Assembly: GCF_009914755.1 (NCBI RefSeq)
Contig: NC_060932.1
Reading direction: 5' to 3' (one strand)
DNA length: 64,000 nt
Source of the DNA: the human T2T-CHM13v2.0 reference genome, Homo sapiens
Position numbers and translations under genes: made by a program. Shown here piece after piece: positions 28,840-42,809 of the stretch (position 1 is the first letter of the stretch; each line of letters begins with the position of its first letter). The notes under the pieces were generated by a model, which saw nothing but the letters and a program-made list of their open reading frames with translations, ran no database searches and was not told the origin of the DNA.

Positions 28840-29723
28840 GGTGGTATTCCTGAATGATGAATGCAGAGAACAGAATACAAAGAAATCAGCACATAAAAGG
28901 AATCATTAATCTTTAAAAATGCTATATACTTACATTTTGACCAATTTTGCATATTTGTTTAGATTTACAAACAAATGTAAAGCTAATTCCAAAGTTTTCT
29001 TCTGAATATACTTCAAATTTGAATTGTAGTGTTCTCCATTCCAAAGCCAGCTGTTTTTTGCTGGATTTACACCAACTATGATTTACTTTGTTTGTATCTA
29101 ACCTAAAAGCAAGACTCTGCAAGCTGATCCTGAAGCAGCCAGTTACTCAGGAATTTTACAACAGCTATTAAAGAGAGGATAAAGCCACATGAAAGAGCAA
29201 GCCTCAATACTAGATACATAGATACAAGAGAAAATACCAAGAAGCAAAAAGAATCACAGAAATACCAATTCTATTCTAAAGCATAATTTCTAATTCTAGC
29301 AGCAATTCAATTAGCAATAGCTTAGGTGCCTTTATTCCAAAAAACAAAACCATTAGTTCTTTCACTACAATTTCCTGACTTTACCCAATAAATAATTATC
29401 AAGCCTTCATATTCTTTTTTAACCACTCAAGAACATAATTCATACATTACAGAATCATTAACAAAAGAGGCCTTCAAACATACTGCTGAAAGCTGCAATA
29501 TAGTTTGAGGGCCAGATTTCAATTTACATAATATTACCATTCATAAAGAGTTTATGACACCCAGTACGATACTGTCCAGCACTGTTAACTCAGAAATGCT
29601 CCATCCATTCTTGCCATCAGAGAATTACAGATATGGATGGGATTGTTAAAAGTCTAACAGGGCCTCCAAATAGGATTGCACATGAAATAATTATGAACTA
29701 TGATAAAACTGTGACAACACAGC

Positions 29724-29731
29724 TAGCTTAT
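29724..29731 (-). promoter_or_regulatory. miR-21-5p 8mer seed site (AUAAGCUA) in the ANKRD46 3'UTR
   Basis: Plus strand tagcttat gives AUAAGCUA in the mRNA: complement of miR-21 seed positions 2-8 plus A1. ANKRD46 is, from recall, a reported miR-21 target. Confidence 0.8.
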
Positions 29732-30596
29732 AGAACTGAGTTTTTCACTATAATAGCACTACAGAATTATGACAGTTAAATATCAGAATTATTTTTCCCT
29801 GCTAACTATTCAGTAGAAAAAGGATTTTCTGACTGTAATTCTGATGAACTGTTATCTTTGATGACTAGGATACTCGGGAAAATTGGAAAGTGAACAAAAT
29901 GAACTCATTTATTTTTCACAGATATTAACAAGCAAAGCAGTTTACAAAAAGATCAAAAATTATCCTAAAAACAAATAAATATAAGATCAAATCAATTATC
30001 TTTGAACAAAATATAGCTCATTTTCAAAAGTTTTGTTTGGTTTGTGACTAGACTTAAAAATACTAAAATAAGCCAAATAGATGCTAACAATACTAATTTG
30101 CACACAAGATTTGAAAAAAGTACTTCAAGTTTTATCTCTTATCCCTAGAGAAAGTAAATAAAAAGTGGCTCTTGCAAAAATAAATGAAAACAAAACCACC
30201 AACAAAAACTAATCATATAAGATACTGTTTTTCTTTTTGAATACTTCAATTGGTCCTATATTAGGATAAGGTTTTGATAGCAAGGACTTCCTAGCTTCTT
30301 CCTTTATCTTCCATTCTCTAGTCACTTCCGTGTTTTTATCAAACAAGGCTACGTGTAGGCTTTCCTACAAAGTCAGGTTGAGTCAGAGGTAGCGTTAGGA
30401 TGCAATATACTTGATCATAGTATGTAGTTAGTTCAAATGAACACATCATTATCTAAAAGGATTACAATAATTAAAAATGCAAAAAGAACATGTACTGCCC
30501 TCACTGCTTTGCGCTAAGAAAAATTCTGAGAAACTGAGAACAAACATTGGAAGCCAGGAAACAGGCAATTAATTGCCTCATCTTCCATGAGCTCCT

Positions 30597-30813
30597 TTAA
30601 TGCACCAGTTCAGGCTGGTTTTCCACGAAGGGTAGCACCCCACTCACATAATAAGCAATGCCAAGAGACAGCAAAGCAATGACGAAGATCAACAGCAATA
30701 CTCTCCAGAAGCCCAGATCCTCCACAAACTCCTGCCACGTGGTTCGGAAGCTGGAGAGGACTCCTTCACCTTGCTGCAGGTTGGGATTGAGGAGTGAATG
30801 GCTTTCCATGGCA
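30597..30813 (-). CDS. ANKRD46: ANKRD46 last coding exon of the 228-aa isoform; C-terminal TM helix
   Basis: Acceptor ttcttccacAG ends at 30814. AG|T gives Ser, then AMESHSLLNPNLQQGEG...FWRVLLLIFVIALLSLGIAYYVSGVLPFVENQPELVH*. Exon sum 311+159+217=687 nt = 228 aa plus stop. Confidence 0.96.
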
Positions 30814-30904
30814 CTGTGGAAGAAGAAAGAGCAAAAAGGGCATTAAAAAAACACAGCAATTCCAAAAACATAAAACCACAGGGCTACTATTTAGAAAAGA
30901 CCAA

Positions 30905-30906
<2 letters not shown>

Positions 30907-30962
<56 letters not shown>
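30907..30962. repeat. (AC)28 microsatellite, read as (UG)28 in ANKRD46 pre-mRNA
   Basis: Uninterrupted 56 nt, ~93 nt upstream of the last-exon acceptor. Confidence 0.95.
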
Positions 30963-30972
<10 letters not shown>

Positions 30973-31697
30973 TCTTACATGCTTACGTATCTGAACAATA
31001 TATACTAAACTGTAAATTGCTAAATGGTAATGAGTATGTTTCTCTTGGTTTAGAATTTAGTAAACTCAAGTTAAAAATTCTATTTAAAAGGTCCTGGCTG
31101 GGCGTGGTAGCTCATGCCTGTAATCCCGACACTTTTGCAGGCCAAGGAGGGAGGATCACTTGAGCCCAGGAGTTCGGGACCAGCCTGGGTAACATAGCGA
31201 GACACCATCTCTATTTTTTTTTAAGGTGTCCTGAGCAGAAGTCTTGAAATAGGTTATGAGTTGTCTCCATCAAGATATTAAACCACAACACATTCTTGTT
31301 ATGTTAAATTTAGAAGATTCAAAGTGCAGACTCATAATTTAAGAATGTGTTAATACGAATAAGCAGACATGCAGGTGATGACACCTGAAGAGGACAGTCA
31401 TCTACAAGTCAAGCAGAGAGGCCTTAGAAGAAACCAACTTTGTGACACCTTGATCTCAGACTTCTAGGCCCTAGAACTGAGAAAGTAAATGTCTGTTGGG
31501 GGGAGGGGGGAAGATGAGTAAATCTAAAAAGTCACTTATACAGTGTGTGTGAATCTTGAAGTTAAAAGGGAATTTTTATTAATTTAGTTCAATAATCTGA
31601 CCAATGAAGGAATTCCTTCTTTAATTGTAATTCTCTAATAATGGAAGGTTACTCCTCAGCCTGTTGTACATGTGGACTCGTCTAGTCATCAGAAATT

Positions 31698-32000
<303 letters not shown>

Positions 32001-33279
32001 TAGGAATTCTTAATAGTTTCTTCCTATTGGTGTTAGTTCTATCTTGTACAGTAAGACAGAATATGTTCATTTCTCTTCTGCATAAAGGCTAGTCTAGTTG
32101 AAAATAAGGTAGTGCAAATACCATAAAAACACTGATTCTGGTTTTCAGAACTTTATCAATGAGAAATACGACTACCACAAAGAGAAACTGCATCTGACTT
32201 TGGTACTTGGAAGCACTAAGGGAAGAGCACTCATGGTTATATCACAACATACAGGCCCAATAAGAGGGTATCATTTAGATTAAAGCCACCATAACCATGA
32301 TCATAGGAATCAACTATCTACTGGTTATCAAAGTTCATTACTATCCTTCCTAACTCCCATAAAACAGTATCTTAGAGTCTCATTCATTATGAACTATGAA
32401 TAAACATGCAAAACTGACATTTTTTAACCTACAACTTTATTTTACTTCTTGATACCATCAAACAAAAGTCCTTCAGCCTTTACCAACATTAGAGGTCTTC
32501 TCTGATCATGGGAAACTGACTTCCTAATGGGCCAGTCTGCTTAACACCCAAACTTTTTTTTTTTTTAATAATTAAAACATGTTTATTCTCTGAATAAGAG
32601 ATGATGTTTTCAGTGGGAATCTACAACACCACAGTAATTTTGGAACACTTGACAGCAAGTTTAAAAATAAGATTAGAACTTTGAGAAGGCCTAAAAGAGT
32701 AAAACCACAAATAGATAACACAGTTCTGCAGAGGCTTAGTTTGACCTATGTAAAATTTATTGATTACGAGTTGACATGCCCTTATACATGTTAGGTATAA
32801 AATGAAAATTCCATGAGCATTCTCATTGTTCTTCAGAGCTCATGAAGCTCTGCCAATCGGGATATTCTATAAAGACTTTATCCAATGAAATGCTTTCTAC
32901 TGTCCAGGGAATATCTGATTCTAACATAATGGGGTGTGTGTATAATCTTTTTTTAAAAACGTGATATCTACACTGTCTTTGGGGGGTGTGTTTGCATGTA
33001 TCTTTTTTAAAAAATGTGATAGCTATACTGTTTTTGTTATCCCATATCTACAAAGTAAAAAGGAATTAGAGTTATATGGAGGAGTGGGGAAATATTTTTC
33101 ATTAACTTGATTTATAGTCCCTTATAAGGCCTGCAGAAGTTGTGCTGTCTTGGGGGAATCCTAAGAGAAATGGAAAATATTATAGTAAATACATTTAAAA
33201 CCCTGCTTTATCTTCTGCTCTAGAAAAAGCCATTACACAATTATGCCATAATGCCATGTGCTAGCCAATCTCTTTAAAC

Positions 33280-34030
33280 TTTTTCATCTACATTTATTGA
33301 GACATAATTCACATCCCATAATATTTACCTTTTGAAACTGTACAATTCAGTGGCTTTTCATATATTCCCCAAATTGTACAACCATCTCTTCTAATTCCAG
33401 TACACTTTCAGCACCTCTATAAGAAACTCTGTACCTATTAGCAGTCACTCCCATTGCCCCTTCTCCCAGCTTCTAGTCTACTTTCTCATCTACTTTCTGT
33501 CTCTATGGATTTGCTTATTCTGGACATTTCACATAAACAGAATCATGTAATATGTGGCCTTTTGTGCCTGGCTTCTCCAATGTAGCATGTTTTCAAAATT
33601 TATCCATGCTGTAGCATGTATCAGTATAATATAATAATATTAGTAATATTCCATTGGATGAACAGATGATGTTTATTCCTTCATCAGCTGATGGATATCT
33701 GGGTGGTATCAATGTTTTGGCTATTATGAATAATGCTGCTATGAACATTCATATATAAGTTTTGTGTGGACATATGTTTCAATTTTCTTTGGTATATTCC
33801 TAGAAGTGGCACTGCTGGTCAGATGGTAACTCTACGTGTAGCTTTTTGAAGGACTGCCAGACTTTTCCAAAGAAGCTGCTCTACTTTCCATTCCCATCAG
33901 CAGTGTATGAGGGTTCCAATTTCTCCACATCCTCCAGAGCACTTGTTATTATCTATCTTTTTAATTGCAGCTATCCTAGTGGGTGTGAAGTGGCATTTCA
34001 CTATGGTCCTCATTTGCATTTTCCTAATGA
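33280..34030 (-). mobile_element. L1MB-like 3' fragment
   Basis: tttattgagacataattcaca...ctactttctgtctctatggatttg...ccatcagcagtgtatgagggttccaatttctccacatcct. Confidence 0.8.
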
Positions 34031-35889
34031 CATTACCTTTCAACTTTCTGATTTAAGCTTCAACCACTGAATTTCTACCATGACACTGAGGGGTAGGAGT
34101 AAGATAGGAAAACTAGGTAATAAAAGTGTTAATAACTCAATTTTTGAAAAACGAGCTTTATACAGTGTTACAATTAATACAAACTCTCATGCTGCAGTGA
34201 AATGGCAGGTATGTGAAGGAAGCAGGAGTACTTCCACTGCTCATCCAATGGAATATTATTTTGTACTTATCACTTCTTAGTAAGTAATCACAACTGAGGC
34301 AAACTAATGCTAAAAGTATATTTCTAATAAAAGGGTGCCAAGAAACTGGCTATTAACAAAATAAAGATCCTAAAAATATACCAAACAAAAACACATTCTT
34401 GGTTGTTTTTCATGGTAAAGAAGCTTAAAGTACTTAATGTTATTTCATAAAAAGATAAAAATAAATTTCAAGTTATCTTAGAGGAAAAAATCTTTAACAA
34501 ATAATAGTTAACTCAATATTGTTAAAGTGCTTATGCCATTCTGTCAATCCAAAGTACACAGGAGAGAAAAACAAGGGCTTGCAAATACATCTCTGACTTC
34601 TTGATTATCTATTTGTCAGCTTTCAGTGATCACTCAAGAGGAGTATGCACTGTTCCAGAAGTAAAGCTCTTGGATTTCTTTAGGACTGTATTAAAGTGCT
34701 TGAAAGTATCTGAACAAAATAGACCTAAGCTTGAGAGTGGAATTAATGGTCCCCAAAGAGCACATCATCTGGCACACGAGAGGAGGAAAGCAAAAATGGG
34801 TACAAAGGAATCAAATGAAGGGTAAGCTATGAAAAACAGAGAGGATTTCATTTAGAACTCACAGAAACAATGATCCCAATGGTCTAAGTGGATTATGTGA
34901 TTCTAAATCCAAGTCCTAGTCCATCAGCTACTAGGTAAACAGCTGATGTGGGCCCTTGCTTATTCTATTTACAACCTACCGAGAATACTGGGAAGAGGCT
35001 ATGGAAGCTCAGCATCCTTTTTCCTTCACACGTATAATGTGGAAGGCTGAAACTGCATGGTGGTCAACCAGATAATATGCTACTAGAACTAAGTCTGGCC
35101 TATTAACTTTACCTGTTGAGCCCAGTGACATCAGGAGAAAAGATGGTGCGCCACCTTTTTGGAGCTCTCTGAACTGCATTCTCCATTGCTTCTAGATGAG
35201 AAATGATGAGCTATTCAAGACCCTGTCAGTTACCACATCTTAGCTTCGATTACTCACAGGAATCCAAATTTCATTAGCTCCAACTCATATGAAAGTCACT
35301 TTCACTTTCACATTACTGAACTGTGCATGTGTTAAATACTATCTTGCTTTCCCTCTCTTGTTTTCTTGTTTCTCAGCATTCCACTTCCCTACCCTTGAAA
35401 CTACCTTTCAGTCTTTTCTAAAATTGCCCAAGTTCTTGGCTTTACTTATACTTCTCTTTTTTTTGAAATTCCATTCTTTTTGTGACCTGTACTTAAAATC
35501 ATCAAGCTCCGGCTTCCTCCCCTCAGATTCATTTGTTACTATTTCTCCTTTGTACTGTCAATACAGCAGGTGGCTAACAGAACATTATGTGCACATGACA
35601 TGTAGTACTTTCTGTTAATAGCTTCTCAATTGTAATCTGCAGTCATAAGGTCCTATATAAAGTTCAAGTTGCACTTAAAAGCAAATGAATATTAAAGTTC
35701 ACAAAGTTAACCATAAATCCACATACTTAAAGTGACTTTCCCCTTAAAAAATCGTATTATCTTGCTGGGTGTGGCTACATGTGCCTATAGTCCCAGCTAG
35801 TCAGGAGGCTGAGGCAGGAAGAATGCTTGAGCCCAGGAGTTCAAGGAATGAGTAATACAGTGAGAAAAAAAAAGTTGTATCTCCAGTAC

Positions 35890-36048
35890 CTTTCACTCTC
35901 AGCTGTTTGCATGGTCTCCAGTTTCGAGTGGGTTCCTCTGTTAAATCCTTTCACCTCCTGTTCTTCCAAGGATTCCAGCAATCGGATGACATCTTTATTT
36001 ACTCCTCTGCGCTTTGCCAGAACTAAAGGGGTAGCACCTTGATGATTG
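35890..36048 (-). CDS. ANKRD46: ANKRD46 second coding exon (159 nt, phase 2-2)
   Basis: T21-AG acceptor (36071-36049) and GT donor at 35889-35888. Joins in frame: TG|C gives Cys, then NHQGATPLVLAKRRGVNKDVIRLLESLEEQEVKGFNRGTHSKLETMQTAESE. Confidence 0.95.
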
Positions 36049-37566
36049 CTAAAAAAAAAAAAAAAAAAAAAGTTTATAAAAATAAAGAAGCCATCATAGC
36101 AGTTATACTACATTGTCAGTTCCATTTTTAGTACCCACTTATATAGATCTCAGTGAAGAAAGAATGGGCCCAATTAGGGCCTACCCTAGGGCTGTGGGGA
36201 ACTAAAGGAGTATTTGGCTCACTACAACTCTTCCACCATGAGCCTTGACCATCTGGCTGCAATCAGATGTTGACTGATGGGATTTTTGCACAGTTCATCA
36301 CAGAGGCCGTTATCCTGTTAACCAAACACGTCCCCCACCTCCAGACCCCATCCTCACACTGAATGTCTCCTCAACAGCAGATTATGGTAGAAGTAATAGC
36401 CGTGTGCCTCTATTTTTTTCTGAATTGTACTATAGAAAGTGTTTATGAAGAACAAATCACCAAGGGGAAAAAAAGGATGGGTCCAGTTTAACTCAAAAGT
36501 AAAACCCAGAGCTGAGCCAAACATCCAGTGTAGCTGAATTTTGAATTAACCCTTGTTTTTCTTTTTTTTTTTTTTTTTACTTCCAGGGAAAAGAAAAAAG
36601 AGAACATATAGTCAAAAAAGTGGATAAATCTAGTTCTAGATTCATTCTTATTTGATATTTACATTTTATGAGACAAGTACTTTTTTTAAAAAAGTCTAAG
36701 AAAAAAATGTCAAATAAGCTGCTTCGGTTCACGCAGCTATTTAGCGCTAATAATAGGTTAGAACCCCAATCACATTAAATCCTGCAGTCAATTCCTACCC
36801 CATTTTGTCCTGCAGAAACAAAAGCATTTACTGTCTTATTCAGATTTAGGGGCATTATGGCATCAATAAATTAGGGCAGTGTGTAACTGTAATTTAAAGG
36901 TCAAGCTCAGTTTTACAGGTGACTTGACATCGTTCCCACTCAAAAAGCAGAGTATCACTAAAACAAACAAAAAGCCCCATGACTTCCTCAAATTGTTCAG
37001 TCTAAAAAGGATCCTGGACTCCCGGGAGATTATGAAGCTCACATGGTGCGTTACATGACAGAAGGCACACAAGCGTTAGAGTCAGCGGAACTAGGTTCAA
37101 ATTCCAGCTCTGTCCCTTATAAGCTGTGACCTTTTCAAATCCTCTATAAACTGTGTGAACTTTGTCCAATCCTTTTTTGTCTTCACTATCTAATCTGTAA
37201 AATGAAAACACCTATTGTGAGAGCTCTTCATTCTGAGGACTAAATGAGCTAACAAGTAAACACAGTCTAGCTCATAGATTTTCAACAAATGTTCTTTTCT
37301 TCTTCTTCCCTTGTTGTAACACTACATAATTAGTAGCAGAAACTACCTACTATTTTCATAGAAAAAAATATGCTGCTTTAGCAAAAATCTAGAAGTCAGC
37401 CCCTCATTCCCTCACTTGCCTAACAGGATTACACTGTCTTCAATGCTTTCTGAACTTATTTCAACTGATTAATGAGGAAACAAAACCAACAGACCCAAGA
37501 TAAGATTATCAGTTGAGAGATTAATGGGAAGAAATGACTAGACTTCTAAAACAACAGAGAACTTAC

Positions 37567-37877
37567 CAAATATCAATTTTGAGTCCATTGGAAACCAAAA
37601 ATTGGATAGTATCCACATGGCCACAGAGGTGAAGAGCTGTGTTTCCTTGATAATCTGTGGCCAGAAGATCGGCACCGAATTTATGCAGTAACTGGCAGAT
37701 GTCTACATTCCCTCGAGCTGCTGCAAGGTGAAGGCCTGTTCTGCCCCTGCTGTCACGAATATTTGGGTCAAAGCCACTTTCCAAAAGCCGCTTGGAATAA
37801 TTAAAGTCCCCATCAATACAGGCTTGCAGCAAGGGCACGTTAGTCTGAGAAGAATCATTTACAAAAACATACGACAT
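37567..37877 (-). CDS. ANKRD46: ANKRD46 first coding exon (aa 1-103 plus 2 nt); ankyrin repeats
   Basis: ATG at 37877 reads MSYVFVNDSSQTNVPLLQACIDGD...RGRTGLHLAAARGN...GNTALHLC...LKIDI, with ankyrin G-x-T-x-LH motifs. Acceptor ttcattacAG ends at 37905, so the exon starts at 37904. Donor GTAAGT at 37566-37561. Recognised as the ANKRD46 N-terminus. Confidence 0.97.
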
Positions 37878-38428
37878 TGTTCTGATGTGGTGGATGGAAC
37901 ACGCCTGTAATGAAATAGGTGAGTGAGATTCCATGAAGACAAATGAAATCAAGACAAAGGAGTCATTTAGAAAAGCAATATTTCTCATCCTTTTTGGCCT
38001 CCTGCCTCTAATAAATAAATTACCAAACAGAAACAACAACAAAGTTATCAATTGTATTTTATTTTCCATTAAAACATTTTATTTTCTTCACATCTGCTGG
38101 ATTAAAATTCCAATTCAATTACTGTAAAGCTCTATTTTGCTTTTCACCATGTAAAAAGATTAAGAGATATTTTTAAAGTTAAGCAAGACATAATAGCTTA
38201 GATTTAAGTATTACATTGTCAGAACACATAGATAACATGGTGTTTAAACATCAAAGAACTACCCATATATAAATGCTACTGCTGGTAGACATTCTTATTT
38301 AATACAAACTAATTCTCTTTGATATATTTGCTTCTTCTTGTATTTGAGATATTCTACATGGTAACTAAAACTACTTGCATGAAAAGAACTTATACTCAAC
38401 AAAGACCTGTAGAGTGTTATGTTTATAG

Positions 38429-38729
<301 letters not shown>

Positions 38730-39702
38730 ATAGCACAAATTTTAAGAGAAAGGCTAAGGAATGTAACAAACTGAATTTAAAAATCAGAGCATGAAATCAA
38801 TTCAGATTATGCTTTTTCCACTATTGATCTTATTCTGCTGTGCTCTGTGGTTATCTCAATATGTGACTGTGCCAAATTCCCACCGTCCAAAGACTGAGAG
38901 ATGAGGGGAAAAAAAAGTAGGGCTGTCTGGGAATACCAAGTCAGGACAAAGCAGCAATCCCAACTAGGTCTGATGTGAATTTCATCTCTTGGACTCATCC
39001 AGCTCACCAGTTTGCCCACATCTCTTTCACAGATGTTTCCTGGCCCCACTGGCGCACCTGAACTCAGGTGAGAGTTCAGCATCTGCCTGGTGCACCTGAA
39101 CTCTCAGGACATTTTGCTCTACCAAACTGCATACAACTAGGTCTCTCTCTCTTCCCCTAGGTTCATTTAAGAAAGAGTTAAAGCCTGTCAAAAGAAACTT
39201 CGCTAGGAAATTGACGAGAAAACAAACAAGAAAACAGAAAGGCAGAGACCAATGCTTTTCTAGAGATGGCTTTTTTATTCTTAGGTTACAAAAGCTTAGT
39301 CACATATGGACTTGGCTTATACAGCTGATCAGGTAAAGTCTCTTTCTGAAACACTGATGGAACTGGATGCTAGACCCATCTATTCTTGTGCCTAACCTCA
39401 AGGGGATTCAGGGAAGCCTGGCTGCTGAGTTTGGTGAGATTGCTGCCCCTATTCCTTTCAACTTGGCTTCTCAGCAGAGCCATTGTCCCAAAATCTGGGG
39501 CTGCCTTACACAAGGGCTCTGCTGCTACCATGGGCTCTCTGTGGAAAGAGTGGGCATTAACATACACTGAGACTTGTTCTGAGCCAGGTACCAACTAGGA
39601 GCTTTTAATGAATTTAATTTAATCTTCCTAACAACTCCACAGTTAGGCTTTTTTATACCTGAATTTCAGTGAGGAGCCACTGAAGGATTTTTTTTGTTTT
39701 AA

Positions 39703-39903
<201 letters not shown>

Positions 39904-40226
39904 TGACTTGGATGGCAATATGGAGGCACTGGATTGTAGAGACAAAGACTGGAGGCAGGGAGATCAATCATTAGGTCATTGCAGCTATCTAGGCAAGAAA
40001 TGAAAACCTGACCTAAGGCAGTGGCAGGAAGAAGGGGACGCACTGGAGAGGAACAGAGAAGACAGAATTAGCACAACTTAATGACTCACTGGATATGAAA
40101 TGAAGGGTGAAAAGGGGCTGTTAAGAATAATTTCAAATACGAAAAAAAGTTTATGATTAAAAACTACAGAGATTAAAATCAAAATAAACTTCAGATTATG
40201 ATACATATGATGACTTTTTAAAAATC

Positions 40227-40545
40227 TGGCTGGACACAGTGGCTCACACCTGTAATCCCAGTACTTTGGAAGGCCAAAATGGGAGGATAGCTTGAAGCCC
40301 AGGAGTTCGAAACTAGCCTGGGCAACATAGCGAGAGACCCTGTCTCTATAAAATATTTTAAAATTAGCCAGGCATGGTGGCGCGCGCCTTTCGTCCCACC
40401 TGTTCGGGACGCTGAGGTGAGAGGATCACTTGAGCCCGGGAGGTCGAGGTTGCGATGAGCTGTGATTGAGCCACAGCACTCCAGCCTGGGCATCAAAGTG
40501 AGGCCTGTCTCAAAAAAACAAACCAAACCAAACCAAACCAAACCA
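40227..40545 (+). mobile_element. Alu (AluJ-like) with (AAACC)n tail
   Basis: Full dimer. Confidence 0.9.
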
Positions 40546-40634
40546 ACAAACAGAAAAACTCAATGAGAAGAATTTACTCAATAAAATAGTCAAGAATTCT
40601 TTTGCGAGGGTAATCTAAATATTTTCCCTTACAG

Positions 40635-40829
40635 CAAGGGTGTCCAACATTTCGGCTTCCCTGGGTCACAATGGAAGAAGAATTGTCTTGGGCTACACAT
40701 AAAATACATAATGATAGCTGATAAGCTTTAAAAAATTGCAAAAAAAATCTCAGAATGTTTTTTAAAAGTTTATGAATTTGTGTTGGGCTACATTCAAAGC
40801 TGTTCTGGGCTGCAGGTTGGACAAGCTTG
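40635..40829 (+). mobile_element. MER30 hAT-type element
   Basis: caagggtgtccaa...ggaagaagaattgtcttgggc...ggttggacaagcttg. Confidence 0.7.
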
Positions 40830-41252
40830 CACAGTATTGAATCATAAAAATGGAAAAGCTATCATAAACCTTTTTCAAAATGAAATGCCACATATCAAGT
40901 GCTTTTCAAAAGGTAATGTGTTTTGGTTAAATTTTTAAAAATAGATAATTTAAAAAATCTAGTTGGTGTTTTTGATTCAGACACAGTAAGAATTCTTGTG
41001 GTTTGCAGACTAGGATACTTCTGAGTGTTGGCTCAGCAAGAAATACAAGTCTCTGTGTCTATTTTTCAGGTGAGAACAAGTGTGTATTTTGTCAGTTTCT
41101 CTGTGTCCCTGAGCAACTACTAAACTTAATCCCACATTTAATAAGCCCAATGATAGTTATTTTTCATCTTGATCACAGAACTGAATCTGTCCTAAAGCAG
41201 TTCACTGAAGGTTTCACATCTTGTGAGGAAGTCCACAGTAGTAAATACTCAC

Positions 41253-41355
41253 GTAAGCCTTAAGATTAGATCTTTTCGTTCAGTGGTCACTCAGCAGTTT
41301 CTCTGAATTCTCAAGAAGGTTCAACAAAAATATTCTGTAATGTGCTGGCAAGGAT
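41253..41355 (-). other. ANKRD46: ANKRD46 5'UTR (non-coding) exon, 103 nt
   Basis: Acceptor ttttctatttactgtAG ends at 41356. Consensus donor GTGAGT at 41252-41247. No ATG inside the exon. Confidence 0.75.
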
Positions 41356-42809
41356 CTACAGTAAATAGAAAATTAAGTTATAATAGAAGTGTGGTGAGAA
41401 AAAGAACTCACTGTTCTATTAAATACAGACAGGTTACTGAGCCTGAAGAAATTCTCTAGAAAATCTGTAGGTGAGGCATCAACTTGTGAGGCCAGAAAAA
41501 TATCTGACGAGTAACAAAGTAGTGAAAAGGAAGCAAAGAAGGGCTTAATAGAAGCTGCTCTGTGGCCCACAAACAAGAAAGCAAGACAGAAAGATAAAAG
41601 AATAAGAATCAAATTATGTGCCATCACTAAAGAACAAATTGGGCTCCGAAAATTCACTCTCAGTCATTACTTGGAATTCAGAATGCATATTTTTCACATT
41701 ATAAATGGAGGCTAGATCCCAGATTAGTCCACAAAAGCATTTTTATAAATAAAATACTATTCATAGTGGGAAAAAATAAGTTTAAAAAGCCAATACTTAT
41801 ATTTAAACCAAACAGGATACATTTAAGAAAAAGTATTTCTAATCTACCTTGAATGCTGGTACTTAAATCTCTTTAAATCTGTTCCCTTCCTTGTCTTTTC
41901 AGTGTGAAATAAAACCTGGCCCAAGTCTATCTGTAGTCTTCTTTACATAGCCTGACGCTGCTCCCCCACCCAGGCTGCACTTCTCTGCACTGAGAGAGAC
42001 TACGAGGGCACCCTGTCTGCCCACTCAGCTCTTCTCTGGAAGGACCGTGGAAGCAGGGTCATGGGCAGGCAGTAAGGACCACAAAAATAGCAATATTAGT
42101 TCATGAAACAAACATTCACTGTGTGCCTGCAATGTGCCAGATACCATGCTATCAAGTCCAAATCCCAAATTCCTGGTCAGGGTGAAATACAGGTTAACTT
42201 TTTACCGATCATCCTTGTTCACTGTTATCAAATCCCTGTGAACAAATTTATATAGGGAAATAATTAATGGTATTTTACAAAGCTCCATTTACAATATGTA
42301 AGTCAGGTTGTATCATAAAGGCTATCAGTGCTAGGCTGGAACTGATGACAATAGCTGACAAACTGTACCTGAGGACCAGTCCCACACGAGGGTCAGTAAA
42401 TATCACGAAGACATGATAACACACAAAACATCTACGCTCCTCATTTCCTACTTCTTTTGTGATACCACAGTATCAATTTAGACGAACTTCATATCACGGA
42501 GCCACTTACCTTGATTTCCTTAAACAAATATTATGTATTCACCCAAAGCCTAATATTTTTCCTCTCTTGTCCTGACCTCTAGAGCTGAGTCTTTAACGAC
42601 TAGAGCCTGTCTCTAATGTATGATTTGGCTTTAATTTTCAATGTTAATTAAAATGGTGCAAGTGGGTTATTCTGGATGTGGTAGAGCTCACATTATGGAA
42701 AAAGAAAAAATTTTGTTTTTCATCTAGAGATGGAATTATAGTTCATATGGTCATGCCCCCAAATAATCCTAATGTTCTCTTAAATCCACAAGAAGGACAA
42801 TGCTTCTGC

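Larger units (their letters stand above)
28815..30596 (-). other. ANKRD46: ANKRD46 3'UTR of the 228-aa isoform
   Basis: AT-rich, apparently repeat-free stretch after the stop. AATAAA at 28839-28834 is followed by a U-rich downstream element (28800-28782). The 3' end is approximate. Confidence 0.75.

Noticed and set aside
37878-38069. 64-aa N-terminal extension of the 168-aa ORF 37563..38069
   Set aside because: Most of it lies upstream of the acceptor at 37905, so it is intronic read-through. The terminal W-stop comes from the donor GTAAGT.
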